Notes under the pieces: generated by a model
What the model was told of the DNA's origin: nothing
Databases searched by the model: none
The model's input: the letters and a program-made list of their open reading frames with translations, nothing else
From: a bacterium
GTDB taxonomy: Bacteria > Armatimonadota > UBA5829
Length of the DNA: 64,000 bases
Assembly (NCBI GenBank): GCA_021373255.1
Contig: JAJFTD010000123.1
Span: 2,351-66,350 of the forward strand
Reading direction: 5' to 3'
Position numbers and translations under genes: made by a program
Shown: positions 1 to 9,095 of the stretch, one piece after another
Numbering within the stretch: the first letter of the stretch is position 1
Layout of the letters: each line of letters opens with the position of its first letter

Positions 1-288
1 AGATTTTATGGCATATATGATCGCTATAGAGTCCTGGCGCCATTCACCAAGTTGGCTTCTGCTCACGCCTCTGAATCTATTATTATCAAAAAACAAGGTA
101 AACCTAAGCTGGTAATAAGAGATAGCATTGAGCTTCAAAAATGGGCTGATAATTATGTTCCTCAGTCTCCAATGCCTAGAATAATTAAGTCTAGGGTGTT
201 GGTATATGGGCATTATCCATACATGATCTACCTGTTCATGGGGCCAAACAATCATGCAGAAAAAGTCATCCTTGGGATAAATTACTGA
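1..288 (+). CDS. 3' end of an unidentified ORF that enters the window from upstream (partial)
   Basis: Frame 1 is open from nt 1 to the TGA at 286-288, so the listed TTG at 52 is probably internal. No recognisable motif. It lies directly upstream of immunity-like cassettes. Confidence 0.35.
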   Translation, partial: RFYGIYDRYRVLAPFTKLASAHASESIIIKKQGKPKLVIRDSIELQKWADNYVPQSPMPRIIKSRVLVYGHYPYMIYLFMGPNNHAEKVILGINY

Positions 289-302
289 TCCGTGATGCGT
301 TG

Positions 303-337
303 TTGAAGGTATTTCGGGATTTCCGGAGCGGATGAAC
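303..337. repeat. Cassette-junction box, left-arm copy (ttgaaggtatttcgggattt...)
   Basis: The 14-mer gtatttcgggattt (309-322) is the exact reverse complement of aaatcccgaaatac at 907-920. ttgaaggtatttc is shared with 875-890. Confidence 0.6.
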
Positions 338-471
338 AGTAATCTGCGTTAACCAACCTTAATCTTCGCTCCTCAAATCCCAGAACAATGAGTACTTCGT
401 GCAGGGGATTGTTATGACGGGGATTAAGGGGTAGAGAAAAAAATATCAGAGCTAGCCTCGGAGGTATCGCA

Positions 472-879
472 TTGCAAGACGATTCAAATGCAGAAATTCA
501 GCAACTCACAGTTGTACTTAGTCAGCTTGCATCACTATTGAGAAGAACAGGCCACCCACGGGATACCGAGCGCGCTGATGATATTGAGAGCGTTATCAGC
601 TTGTTGACCACTGATAAAGCGAAGGCAATCGAAGAGCTAGTAAGTAATACTTTTTGGGGCGGAGCCGGTTCATATATCGACGAGGGGATAAACTGCTCAG
701 GGAATGAAGTAGATCACAGAAACGCCTATCGGGAGTATCGTCAGCTTCTGCTGGAACTACTTGTCAATCTGCGCGCACAGGGACACACGCACCGGTGGTT
801 CGATGATAGGGAAGAATTGCTTAGGCATTGGATACGCAATCCGGACGACGAGATTGTAATCATCAGACATCCGTCTTGA
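472..879 (+). CDS. Small hypothetical protein (135 aa), possibly an immunity-type protein
   Basis: TTG start with GGAGG 7 nt upstream. All-helical-looking sequence with a 'FWGGAGSYID' motif. It sits in a tandem array with another immunity-like gene. Family assignment is from memory only. Confidence 0.55.
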   Translation: MQDDSNAEIQQLTVVLSQLASLLRRTGHPRDTERADDIESVISLLTTDKAKAIEELVSNTFWGGAGSYIDEGINCSGNEVDHRNAYREYRQLLLELLVNLRAQGHTHRWFDDREELLRHWIRNPDDEIVIIRHPS

Positions 880-928
880 AGGTATTTCAGGATTTGAGCG
901 AAGCGGAAATCCCGAAATACTGAATGGC
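875..928. repeat. Cassette-junction box, complete palindrome (14-bp arms, 11-nt loop)
   Basis: gtatttcaggattt (882-895), loop gagcgaagcgg, then aaatcccgaaatac (907-920), with one mismatch. It overlaps the stop codon of the 472-879 ORF. Confidence 0.65.
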
Positions 929-991
929 TACAAGCATCTTCTGCGCTAGGAAGACTAAGTGAGTTCTGCAAGCGTGCGAGGAATACCTACT

Positions 992-1957
992 ATGAATATT
1001 GCCGATGATTTCCTCATAAATGAGTATAGCGCCCTGATCTATATATATAAGGGATTGTACAAATCAAAGGCCGATATACCGACACTCAGGAAAGATGAGC
1101 TTCTTCTTCCACCTATGAAGGTCGATCCACACATATGGGGTAGGTGGCGGTTTATACCAGTTGGTTATGAACCTCTGAATGAGAAGACGCTGTTACCCAA
1201 ACACTGCTTCTATGACATATTTCTGGACAAGTGCTATGACGAATACCTCAATGAAGTCGAAATACCTAGAGAACCTATTGGAGAGTCACGCATATATTCC
1301 GTGGAGAGTGTGGATAAAGCAATAAGTAATGCGCTTGGAATTTCACTAATGAATGGCGAGATGAATCTACGCGAGTTCATCAATGTGCGCGCGGAAATGC
1401 CGCAGCCTGGACAAATTTTTGTAGGTGAGCCGATCAAGGGACATTATATCTTTGGAAAAGTGATTCTCACGAATGTGAAAACGAGAGCTTCAAACTGTAG
1501 GGTCATCAAACCGAGCAGGGCTAGGATAAGGCCCGGTGACATATTCGTGGTGCAGCCTCACGGACGCGAATACGTGTTCGGACGGGTCATCAAGGCAGAC
1601 GCTTCAATACTTGGCGGCCTGGTATATCTGGTCTATATATACAATGCATTCGCAAAAGACAAAACAGACATTCCACGCTTGGACAAGAACAACCTGCTGA
1701 TTCCACCGATTCTTACGGATAGAAGTGGCTGGCGATCCGGAATATGTGAAACGGTCGCTCAAATGCCACTTACCAAAGATGACATTCTACCGAATCACTG
1801 TTTCATGAATACTGCCCGACCGCCACGCTACTTCGATGAGCATGACGATCCATTACGAGGTTGCACGCAACCTTGTGGCAAGCATGCTCTTGAGTTAGAA
1901 AGAGGCATTGATGCTCTTATAACGGATGCTTTGGAGTTGCCCCGTAATTGGCTTTGA
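992..1957 (+). CDS. Internally duplicated hypothetical protein (322 aa), polymorphic-toxin immunity-like (Imm26-like, tentative)
   Basis: ATG at 992 with GAGGAA 10 nt upstream; the listed GTG at 959 is less likely. Two copies of 'YIYxxxxKxKxDIPxLxKxxLLxPPxxxD...LPxHCF' and two copies of 'PGxIFVxxPxxxxYxFGxVI'. Confidence 0.6.
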   Translation: MNIADDFLINEYSALIYIYKGLYKSKADIPTLRKDELLLPPMKVDPHIWGRWRFIPVGYEPLNEKTLLPKHCFYDIFLDKCYDEYLNEVEIPREPIGESRIYSVESVDKAISNALGISLMNGEMNLREFINVRAEMPQPGQIFVGEPIKGHYIFGKVILTNVKTRASNCRVIKPSRARIRPGDIFVVQPHGREYVFGRVIKADASILGGLVYLVYIYNAFAKDKTDIPRLDKNNLLIPPILTDRSGWRSGICETVAQMPLTKDDILPNHCFMNTARPPRYFDEHDDPLRGCTQPCGKHALELERGIDALITDALELPRNWL

Positions 1958-1965
1958 TCAGCAGG

Positions 1966-1995
1966 CCTGAGCGAAGCGGAAATCCCGGAACACCG
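1966..1995. repeat. Cassette-junction box, loop plus right-arm copy
   Basis: gagcgaagcggaaatcccggaacac (1969-1993) matches the loop and right arm of the palindrome at 896-920. Confidence 0.55.
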
Positions 1996-2029
1996 ACACC
2001 GTTAGGTCGCCATTTATTCACCCCCACCC

Positions 2030-2059
2030 TTGAGCAATCCCCACACCTCGTGATACAAT
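2030..2059 (+). promoter_or_regulatory. Sigma70-type promoter with extended -10 for the GH94 operon
   Basis: TTGAGC (2030-2035), 18-nt spacer, TGaTACAAT (2051-2059). GGAGG RBS at 2083-2087 precedes the ATG at 2092. Confidence 0.45.
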
Positions 2060-2091
2060 CGCGGCGGAAGCAATAATCAACGGAGGCTGAA

Positions 2092-4536
2092 ATGGCTCTG
2101 GATAAGTATGGATACTTTGACGATGAAGCTAGAGAGTTTGTTATCACCCGGCCGGATACACCTGCGCCTTGGGTGAATTATATGGGCAATGGGCGCTATT
2201 TTGGGCTGATTTCTAACGTGGGCGGGGGGTTTAGTTATTATATGGACCCCAGGGACAGCCGCATTACTCGGTTTCGGTATAACTCGCTGCCATGGGACAG
2301 ACCGGGGAGATATGTTTACCTGAAGGATGCGGACAGCGGCGAGTATTGGAGCCTTTCCTGGCAGCCTACGGCGCATAAGCCTGACGAGTATAAGTGCCAT
2401 GTTGGGATGGGTTATGAGAAGATCGAGACCCTTTACCGTGGGATCAGAAGTGAGATCACTTATACCGTGCCGCTGGATGATGACCTCGAGATCTGGCTGG
2501 TTAAGGTCAAAAACGAGGGGGATGCGACCAGGAAGCTGGGCGTTTACTCGTATGTGGAGATGTGCCTCGGGCATGCGCTGGTGGACCTTATTAATCAGCC
2601 CAACGATCAGCACTTCAACATCGTTAACTTTAACCGCGAAGACAACGCCATTTATGCCACCAAGAATTATTGGGTGACCCACAAAGGGGTGTCCGTTGAG
2701 CAGCCGAATCAGGCTTGGGACAGGTATGTGGTCTTTACCAGCGACCTGCAGGTTCAGTCTTGGGATAGTTTGAAAGATGGGTTTATCGGACCGTGGCGAA
2801 GCGAGCAGAACCCTGTGGGGATCGAAAACGGCGTGCTGGGAAATACGGATATTACTGCCGGGGACGCATGCGCAGCGCTGCAGAGTGAGATCGTGCTGGA
2901 GGCCGGGCAGGAAATCGAGTTTGTGGTGTTGATGGGCTGTGTGGAGGCGAAAGGTTACAGGGAGAAGGCGCTTCCGTTGATCGAGAAGTATCGCTCGCCT
3001 CAGGCGGCACACAAAGCGCTGAACGGGGTGAAAGCGTATTGGGAGAAGTATCTGTCCACAGTCACAGCCGAGACTCCTGATGAGGACTTGAACCGGATGA
3101 TTAACATCTGGGGCAAGCGGCAGACTTGGGTGACATTCAACTGCAACCGCAACGCCGGTTACTACCACGGTGGCCTGCTCTACGGAGTCGGGATGAGGGA
3201 TCAGTGCCAGGACACAATGGGACCGATCTTGAGCGATCCAAAGGCGGTGGCGGATAGGTTGCTGGAAGTGATATCACACCAGTTCCAAGACGGCAGCACA
3301 CTGCATAATTATTTCAAGCTCACTGGGCATGGCGAGAGGACCGGCCACTCGGACACGCCACTGTGGATACCTCTTGCGATCATCAACTACATAAAGGAGA
3401 CCGGCGACCTCAGCTACTTGATGAACGTGGTGCCGTTTCAGGACGGTGACGAGGCCGATGTGCTGGACCACGTGATGCGAGCGTGTGATTATGTGCTCAG
3501 CCAGCTTACGGAGAATCACTTGCCGAAGTTCGGACCTGGGGACTGGAACGACACGCTGGATTACGTCGGGCGAAAGGGCATCGGAGAGAGTGTGTGGGTG
3601 GCGCATTTCCTGTGCTACATCCTCAGAGAGACGGCTGAACTGCTGGACCACATCTGCAGTGAGACGTCCTGCCCGTGCGCGGATTACATCGTTGAATCAG
3701 CTCAACGTTACCGGCAGGAATATGACCTGGTAAAGCAGGCACTTAATGAGCGGTGCTGGGACGGTGAATGGTATATTCGGGGGATACGTGACGACGGCGG
3801 AGTGATCGGGCCGCACACCAACCCAGAGGGCAAGATATTCTGGAACGCGCAGAGTTGGGCGGTGATTTCAGGTGTGGCTGAGGGCGAGAGAGCTAAACTC
3901 GCACTCGATTCAGCAGACAAGCTGTGCATAACTTCGCGTGGGCCAAAGATTTTATCCCCAAGTTATACACAGCTTGATGAGGGTATAGGACTTGCCACGA
4001 GATGCGTGCCCGGCAAGAAAGAAAACGGCGCAATCTTTAACCACGTCGCAGCCTGGGCCATACTCGGCAACCTCGTTTATGGCTACGGAAACCGTGCGTA
4101 CGACTATTATCGAAAGACGCTGCCCATGGTCCAGGCCCATGACCCGGATGTGTATAAGATGGAGCCGTATGTTTATTCAGAGTATGTCACCAGCGATGAT
4201 CATCCAACGTTCGGCCAAGCCAGCCACTCGTGGCTCACGGGCTCGGGCGTTTGGATGTTCAGAGACGCGTTGGACTACATCCTCGGCGTCCGCCCGACCT
4301 ATAACGGCCTGATGATCGACCCCTGCATCCCGGATTCATGGGACGGCTACAAGGTCACCCGCCGCTTCCGGGGCGCAACATACAATATAGAAGTAAAGAA
4401 CCCGAACCACCTACAGAAGGGCGCGGTCCAGCTTGAGGTAGATGGGAAATCTGTAGACGGAAACGTGCTGCCACTGATCGAAGAAGGGCAAACCGCACGT
4501 GTCGTTTGCACGATTATGAAAGGAATTATCTCATGA
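2092..4536 (+). CDS. GH94 cellobiose/chitobiose phosphorylase
   Basis: The 814-aa protein has an N-terminus 'YGYFDDEAREFVITRPDTPAPWVNYMG...FSYY...SRITRFRYNSLP' and an overall length typical of GH94 disaccharide phosphorylases. Confidence 0.9.
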   Translation: MALDKYGYFDDEAREFVITRPDTPAPWVNYMGNGRYFGLISNVGGGFSYYMDPRDSRITRFRYNSLPWDRPGRYVYLKDADSGEYWSLSWQPTAHKPDEYKCHVGMGYEKIETLYRGIRSEITYTVPLDDDLEIWLVKVKNEGDATRKLGVYSYVEMCLGHALVDLINQPNDQHFNIVNFNREDNAIYATKNYWVTHKGVSVEQPNQAWDRYVVFTSDLQVQSWDSLKDGFIGPWRSEQNPVGIENGVLGNTDITAGDACAALQSEIVLEAGQEIEFVVLMGCVEAKGYREKALPLIEKYRSPQAAHKALNGVKAYWEKYLSTVTAETPDEDLNRMINIWGKRQTWVTFNCNRNAGYYHGGLLYGVGMRDQCQDTMGPILSDPKAVADRLLEVISHQFQDGSTLHNYFKLTGHGERTGHSDTPLWIPLAIINYIKETGDLSYLMNVVPFQDGDEADVLDHVMRACDYVLSQLTENHLPKFGPGDWNDTLDYVGRKGIGESVWVAHFLCYILRETAELLDHICSETSCPCADYIVESAQRYRQEYDLVKQALNERCWDGEWYIRGIRDDGGVIGPHTNPEGKIFWNAQSWAVISGVAEGERAKLALDSADKLCITSRGPKILSPSYTQLDEGIGLATRCVPGKKENGAIFNHVAAWAILGNLVYGYGNRAYDYYRKTLPMVQAHDPDVYKMEPYVYSEYVTSDDHPTFGQASHSWLTGSGVWMFRDALDYILGVRPTYNGLMIDPCIPDSWDGYKVTRRFRGATYNIEVKNPNHLQKGAVQLEVDGKSVDGNVLPLIEEGQTARVVCTIMKGIIS

Positions 4537-5747
4537 CAGATAAGCCGCTTGTGGCAATCACACAAGTAGAAGATATAGACAGTGCACAATCCATTGAACG
4601 AGCCGTGCGGGAGGCTGTGGGGTTGGCGTGTGATTTTAAGACGTTGTGCGCGGGCAAGAGTGTAGTGCTCAAGCCTAATGTCTACTGCCCCTCCCCTGCT
4701 CCAACCACCACTGACCCACGGGTTATCGCGGCGCTGATCAGGGCTGCAAAGGATGCTGGAGCTAGCAAGGTGACTGTCGCCGAGGGGCGCAGCATATCTA
4801 CGGCGTTGTTTCGTAAGAACGGCAGCAGCACGCGGGCTTGCTTTGAAGCTGTTGGGATGGATAAGGCCGCAATCGATAATGACGCTGAGATTGTTTATCT
4901 GGAAGAAGACGAGTTTGTGGAGGTTTCTTCGCCGGATGCAGTGGTGTTGAAGAAGGCACGCGTGCCCAGGACGATTTATGAGGCTGAGGTTCTGATCAAC
5001 GTTCCTGTGTTAAAGAATCATAGCTTAACATTAACAACATTAGGCATTAAGAATCTGCATGGGACAATCTCTGATGATGACAAACTCTTCGCTCACGACT
5101 ACCACCGAATATCACAAAAGCTGGTCGACATACTCCGCTACCACAAGCCGTCGCTCACTGTTATAGACGGCGTCAGGGGCCAGGAGGGAGATCACGCGAA
5201 TATGGGGCGAGTGGTGGAAACCAAGCTGATTATTGCCGGTTCGGACACTGTGGCGGTAGATGCGACAGCCGAGGCGGTGATGGGAATCAGCAACTTGGAG
5301 GTAGATACCACCCGGCTGGCGAACGAGCAGGGGCTGGGTGTTGGTGACAGAGGGTTGATAAAGATTACCGGTATAAACTTGAACGAAGTTGTACACAATT
5401 TCGCATTACCTGATGTGGAAATATGTGAGGAGCGTTTCCCTGGGCTGCATGTGCGGGCGGGAGATTACTGCCGGGGATGCGGTTATTATATACGGCGAGG
5501 GATAGATAGGCTGGTTGAAGAAAATGCCCTGGACCCCAATAAGCCCGTGACTATTGTCTTCGGCAAAGACCCCGAAGTCGACCCGCATACAGAGGGACGC
5601 GTGATCATCATAGGTGACTGTGCGCTGGAAAGCGCCTCGGTGAAACGTCTGCGAAACCACCTGTGGCTGACAGGTCGATTGAGGATAGTATATTGCTGCC
5701 CACCTATGGAGTTTAGAATGCGGGCACTGGAATTAGCGGGGGATTAG
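4533..5747 (+). CDS. DUF362 domain protein (possible Fe-S protein)
   Basis: ATGA start/stop overlap with the GH94 gene at 4533-4536. 'VVLKPNV...TTDPRVIAALI' is DUF362-like, and there are C-terminal Cys pairs (CRGCG, GDCALE). Confidence 0.7.
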   Translation: MTDKPLVAITQVEDIDSAQSIERAVREAVGLACDFKTLCAGKSVVLKPNVYCPSPAPTTTDPRVIAALIRAAKDAGASKVTVAEGRSISTALFRKNGSSTRACFEAVGMDKAAIDNDAEIVYLEEDEFVEVSSPDAVVLKKARVPRTIYEAEVLINVPVLKNHSLTLTTLGIKNLHGTISDDDKLFAHDYHRISQKLVDILRYHKPSLTVIDGVRGQEGDHANMGRVVETKLIIAGSDTVAVDATAEAVMGISNLEVDTTRLANEQGLGVGDRGLIKITGINLNEVVHNFALPDVEICEERFPGLHVRAGDYCRGCGYYIRRGIDRLVEENALDPNKPVTIVFGKDPEVDPHTEGRVIIIGDCALESASVKRLRNHLWLTGRLRIVYCCPPMEFRMRALELAGD

Positions 5748-5767
5748 TTTTGGAGTGCAGTAATAAA

Positions 5768-6430
5768 ATGGAAGAGTTAACGAGGCCTGCGGCGGTCTTG
5801 TTTGATATGGACGGAGTGTTGGTGGACAGCGAGCCTTGGCACATTGAAAGCTATATTCGTGCGTTCTCTGAGGTGGGGCTTACTCTGACTACTGAAGTAT
5901 ATAGGCAAAATATAATCATCGGCCAATTGTCAGTAAGAGAACTGTTTTACTCATTAGGCGGAGATAAAGAGCGCTGGGAGTATGTCTTCAAGCGTAAGAT
6001 GGCTCACACAAAGAAGCTTATGTCAGAGCATCTCGAGATAATGCCTGGGACAATCAGGCTGCTTGAAATGCTAAAGGCTGAAGGCATACCCACCGCACTG
6101 GTGACTTCGGCTGGAAAACAATCACTAGACGTTATCATGGGCAAATACAATCTTCTGCCATACTTCGACCACGTGATGACATGGGAAGATGTGCGCGCCA
6201 TTAAACCGGATCCCGATGGCTATATCAAAGCTGCACAAGTATTCGGAGTAAAACCGAAAGACTGCGTGGTATTCGAGGACAGTCCGCGGGGAGTCTTGGC
6301 GGCGCATCGTGCTGGTATGAAGTGCATTGCGGTGCCCACAGGAACCACTCACGATGGCGATTTCTCGCTTGCTAATGTAGTAGTCAGCTCCCTTGAGGAT
6401 GCGACCCTGGATTTACTTCAGGAGCTTTAG
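5768..6430 (+). CDS. HAD-IA family hydrolase (beta-phosphoglucomutase-like fold, substrate unknown)
   Basis: Motif I 'LFDMDGVLVDSE' plus a downstream 'VFEDSPRGVLAAHRAGM' motif. An alternative TTG start lies at 5750. Confidence 0.8.
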   Translation: MEELTRPAAVLFDMDGVLVDSEPWHIESYIRAFSEVGLTLTTEVYRQNIIIGQLSVRELFYSLGGDKERWEYVFKRKMAHTKKLMSEHLEIMPGTIRLLEMLKAEGIPTALVTSAGKQSLDVIMGKYNLLPYFDHVMTWEDVRAIKPDPDGYIKAAQVFGVKPKDCVVFEDSPRGVLAAHRAGMKCIAVPTGTTHDGDFSLANVVVSSLEDATLDLLQEL

Positions 6431-6435
6431 CCTTA

Positions 6436-6471
6436 CATTGGGGAACGCAGTTCACACTCCGTTCCCCAATG
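6436..6471. terminator. Bidirectional hairpin between the convergent HAD and ohr genes
   Basis: cattggggaacg (6436-6447) pairs with cgttccccaatg (6460-6471), a 12-bp perfect stem. Confidence 0.6.
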
Positions 6472-6478
6472 CATATCT

Positions 6479-6895
6479 TCATTCCACGATCAGTGCTACG
6501 TCTATGTTGCCTCTGGTGGCTTTAGAATAAGGGCAGACGTCCTGATGGGCTTTGTTCACTATCACTTCCGCCTCTTCCTGACTGACACCAGGAAGCTTGC
6601 AGTGAAGCTCTGCCGCCAGCTTCCAGCCGCCATTATCAGGGATAACACTGACATTGGACGTAATACTGGCGTCTCCAACGTCTTTCTTCTGCAACTGAGC
6701 AACCAGCTTGACAGCACCCAGGAAGCAGGCTGCGTAGGCAACCGCGAAGAGTTGCTCGGGATTAGTCCCCTCCCCTCCCGGTCCGCCGAGTTCCTTTGGT
6801 AGAGAAAGGTCAACATCTATTTTACCGTCCGATGTCCTGCCGTGTCCCTCACGACCTCCGGTGACTGTCGCGGTAGCGGTGTAGAGTTTCTGCAT
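6479..6895 (-). CDS. ohr: Organic hydroperoxide resistance protein (OsmC/Ohr family)
   Basis: 'MQKLYTATATVTGGREG...' with the two conserved Cys contexts 'AACFLG' and 'VCPYSKA'. ATG at 6895 has an upstream GGGGGA RBS; the listed start at 6958 is probably too long. Confidence 0.85.
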   Translation of the reverse strand: MQKLYTATATVTGGREGHGRTSDGKIDVDLSLPKELGGPGGEGTNPEQLFAVAYAACFLGAVKLVAQLQKKDVGDASITSNVSVIPDNGGWKLAAELHCKLPGVSQEEAEVIVNKAHQDVCPYSKATRGNIDVALIVE

Positions 6896-7116
6896 TTGAT
6901 GGTATCCCCCTGGTTGAACGAGTTTGACTACCTTCGTATTGTTACCCAGGAAGCTCATCTTTTAACCGCTAAAGATTTTCGGTTATTTATATATCAACCC
7001 GGCATTCCGATCAGAGCAAGCGCAATAATCGTAAATCTCCGGGAGAGTTTTTTGCTCGACAGGTAGTGCTAACCGATTACATCAATTGCCAAAACTCAGT
7101 AGGTGCCTTTCGTGAG

Positions 7117-7887
7117 CTAGGATATAATTAATTTGATTGCGGCTGCGCCCGCGAGTAGCAACACTACAGTTTCGAATGTACGTTGGGATATTCTGAGGAG
7201 CATCCATTTTCCAATAAACACACCAACCAGAATAGCCGGGAGCAGCATCAGGTCGATCAACAAACCATGAACAGTCAGCATCGGCTTGGCAGGGTGCAGC
7301 CTGCTTAAAACGGCGTATACGGGGACCTTGCTCAGGTTCATAATGAAAAAGAACCAGGCCAGGGTACCGATGAACTGCCGCTTAGGCATCTTGAGACCGG
7401 CAAGATAAATGGACATAACCGGGCCAGCAGCGTTTGAGACCATTGTGGTGAACCCTGCCACGGCACCTGTGCCAAGGACTCCGAGTTTGGATTGAGGGGT
7501 AAGCTTGTCGCCGAATCGGCCTTTAAGTATATGAAGCGCAAGCATTCCAAGCACCATAACCCCGATCACTATGCCCAGGATGTCCTTGGTGCTCTTCGAC
7601 TCACCTACCAACCACAGCGATATCATACCCGCAATCATCCCCGCAGCCACCCACGGGAACAGTTTCACCAGCTTGTCCCACTGGGCGTGCTGCCTATACC
7701 ACAACACCGCGAATACATCTCCGAAGATCAACATGGGAGTCATAATGCCGGTGGCTTGCCAACCGCCGAATGCCATCGCAAGGATCGTCACTACCAGTAT
7801 GCCCGCACCAGGCATCCCCGTCTTCGATATACCAACCAACAGCGCTGCTGCTGCTCCGTATATCCATTGCCAAAGCTGTATATCCAT
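7117..7887 (-). CDS. TauE/SafE (DUF81) family anion exporter
   Basis: A 256-aa polytopic membrane protein with 'GISKTGMPGAGILVV' and a repeated-half architecture typical of TauE/SafE. Confidence 0.75.
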   Translation of the reverse strand: MDIQLWQWIYGAAAALLVGISKTGMPGAGILVVTILAMAFGGWQATGIMTPMLIFGDVFAVLWYRQHAQWDKLVKLFPWVAAGMIAGMISLWLVGESKSTKDILGIVIGVMVLGMLALHILKGRFGDKLTPQSKLGVLGTGAVAGFTTMVSNAAGPVMSIYLAGLKMPKRQFIGTLAWFFFIMNLSKVPVYAVLSRLHPAKPMLTVHGLLIDLMLLPAILVGVFIGKWMLLRISQRTFETVVLLLAGAAAIKLIIS

Positions 7888-7985
7888 TTCTACTTCCCAT
7901 ACAATAAATATCAGAGACTAGCTCCGAGGAATATTATACACGAGATTGATGCGCAAAAGTTGTAGAACAATCGCGTATCTTAAAC

Positions 7986-8014
7986 TTGACAGGATGCATA
8001 GCAGGTGGTTAAAT
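7986..8014 (+). promoter_or_regulatory. Candidate sigma70 promoter for the LacI-family gene
   Basis: TTGACA (7986-7991), 17-nt spacer, TTAAAT (8009-8014), about 40 nt upstream of the CDS. Confidence 0.4.
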
Positions 8015-8052
8015 AAGCATGAGGTTGCGTTATTCGTGATCAGATTTGGAGG

Positions 8053-9090
8053 ATGCCTGTGGGCAAACATACTGTAACTATTAAGGATGTAGCCGCACTG
8101 GCAAATGTATCTGTTGCCACTGTCTCGAATGTAATACGCGGCAAGGATGGTCTTTATTCAACGGAAACGGCACAGCGTGTGTGGGATACTATAAACTCCT
8201 GCGGTTATCAGCCGAACCACGCCGCTCGCAGCCTGGTACTTCGCAGAACCAACACCCTCGGTATTGCCATAGAAGAAGAAACACATGGTGTATTCACCCG
8301 CAACGCCTACATCAGTGGCATCCTGGATGGTTTTCTGGAACATGCCCTAGTTGAAGATTATCAGATAAGAATTGTCCTCACAAAAGATTCCACAATAAAC
8401 CAGATCAGATCCACATGTGAAGATGGATCAATGGACGGTATACTTGTAATCGCTCCCACCCTGATTGGCGATTTCATTCCATGGCTGAAAACCTCACATT
8501 TGCCATCAGTAGTTGTGGGCAGCATTCCTCCCGATCTACCATGTCCGTGCATAGATGTGGATGATGTGCAGGCCGTGTACAGGCTCACGAAACTCCTGAT
8601 TGACAATGGGCATCGCAATATCGGGCTGATTAAGGCGCAACCTGCATTATGGACATCCAGGCGTCGGGAGCAGGGTTATAAGATGGCACTCGACGAAGCC
8701 GGCATAAAGTGGAAATCTGCATGGATACAACATGGAACTGAAAGCACCCTGAACGCCGGTCGGACATGTGCTTTGGATATTATAAGAGAAGCACCGGAGT
8801 TGACTGCCATAGTTTGTGCCAACGACTATGTGGCGTTGGGAGCAATGGAGTCACTACGCGAGCAGAAGATCCGTGTATGCGAAGATATATCCATTGTAGG
8901 ATTCGATAACATTGAGGCCGGACGATGGTCCAGCCCCAACCTCACAACAGTGTCTCAGCCGCTCCACGACATGGGCCGAAAAGCCACGGAGATGCTGATA
9001 GACCAAATAAGAACGGGCATAAAGGAAGCAATCACTACCCTTTACCCCGGCACGCTGATACAACGTCAAAGCGTTAAGAAGATCGCGTAA
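8053..9090 (+). CDS. LacI family transcriptional regulator
   Basis: N-terminal HTH 'VTIKDVAALANVSVATVSNVIRG' plus a periplasmic-binding-protein-like core. GTG at 8059 has better RBS spacing than ATG at 8053. Confidence 0.9.
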   Translation: MPVGKHTVTIKDVAALANVSVATVSNVIRGKDGLYSTETAQRVWDTINSCGYQPNHAARSLVLRRTNTLGIAIEEETHGVFTRNAYISGILDGFLEHALVEDYQIRIVLTKDSTINQIRSTCEDGSMDGILVIAPTLIGDFIPWLKTSHLPSVVVGSIPPDLPCPCIDVDDVQAVYRLTKLLIDNGHRNIGLIKAQPALWTSRRREQGYKMALDEAGIKWKSAWIQHGTESTLNAGRTCALDIIREAPELTAIVCANDYVALGAMESLREQKIRVCEDISIVGFDNIEAGRWSSPNLTTVSQPLHDMGRKATEMLIDQIRTGIKEAITTLYPGTLIQRQSVKKIA

Positions 9091-9095
9091 CCGTT

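Noticed and set aside
2077-3168. 363-aa ORF antisense to the GH94 gene. Similar long antisense ORFs are listed at 9408-10517, 15952-16575, 21194-22549, 23178-24041, 60213-60923, 60991-61539 and 62233-62778.
   Set aside because: All lie opposite genes with strong family signatures. Their translations are low-complexity (R/P/H/L-rich) and have no RBS, so they are typical shadow ORFs.
5768-6430. Calling the HAD gene beta-phosphoglucomutase (pgmB).
   Set aside because: Only the generic HAD-IA motifs are visible, and GH94 phosphorylases produce alpha-G1P, so specific beta-PGM activity is not supported by context.
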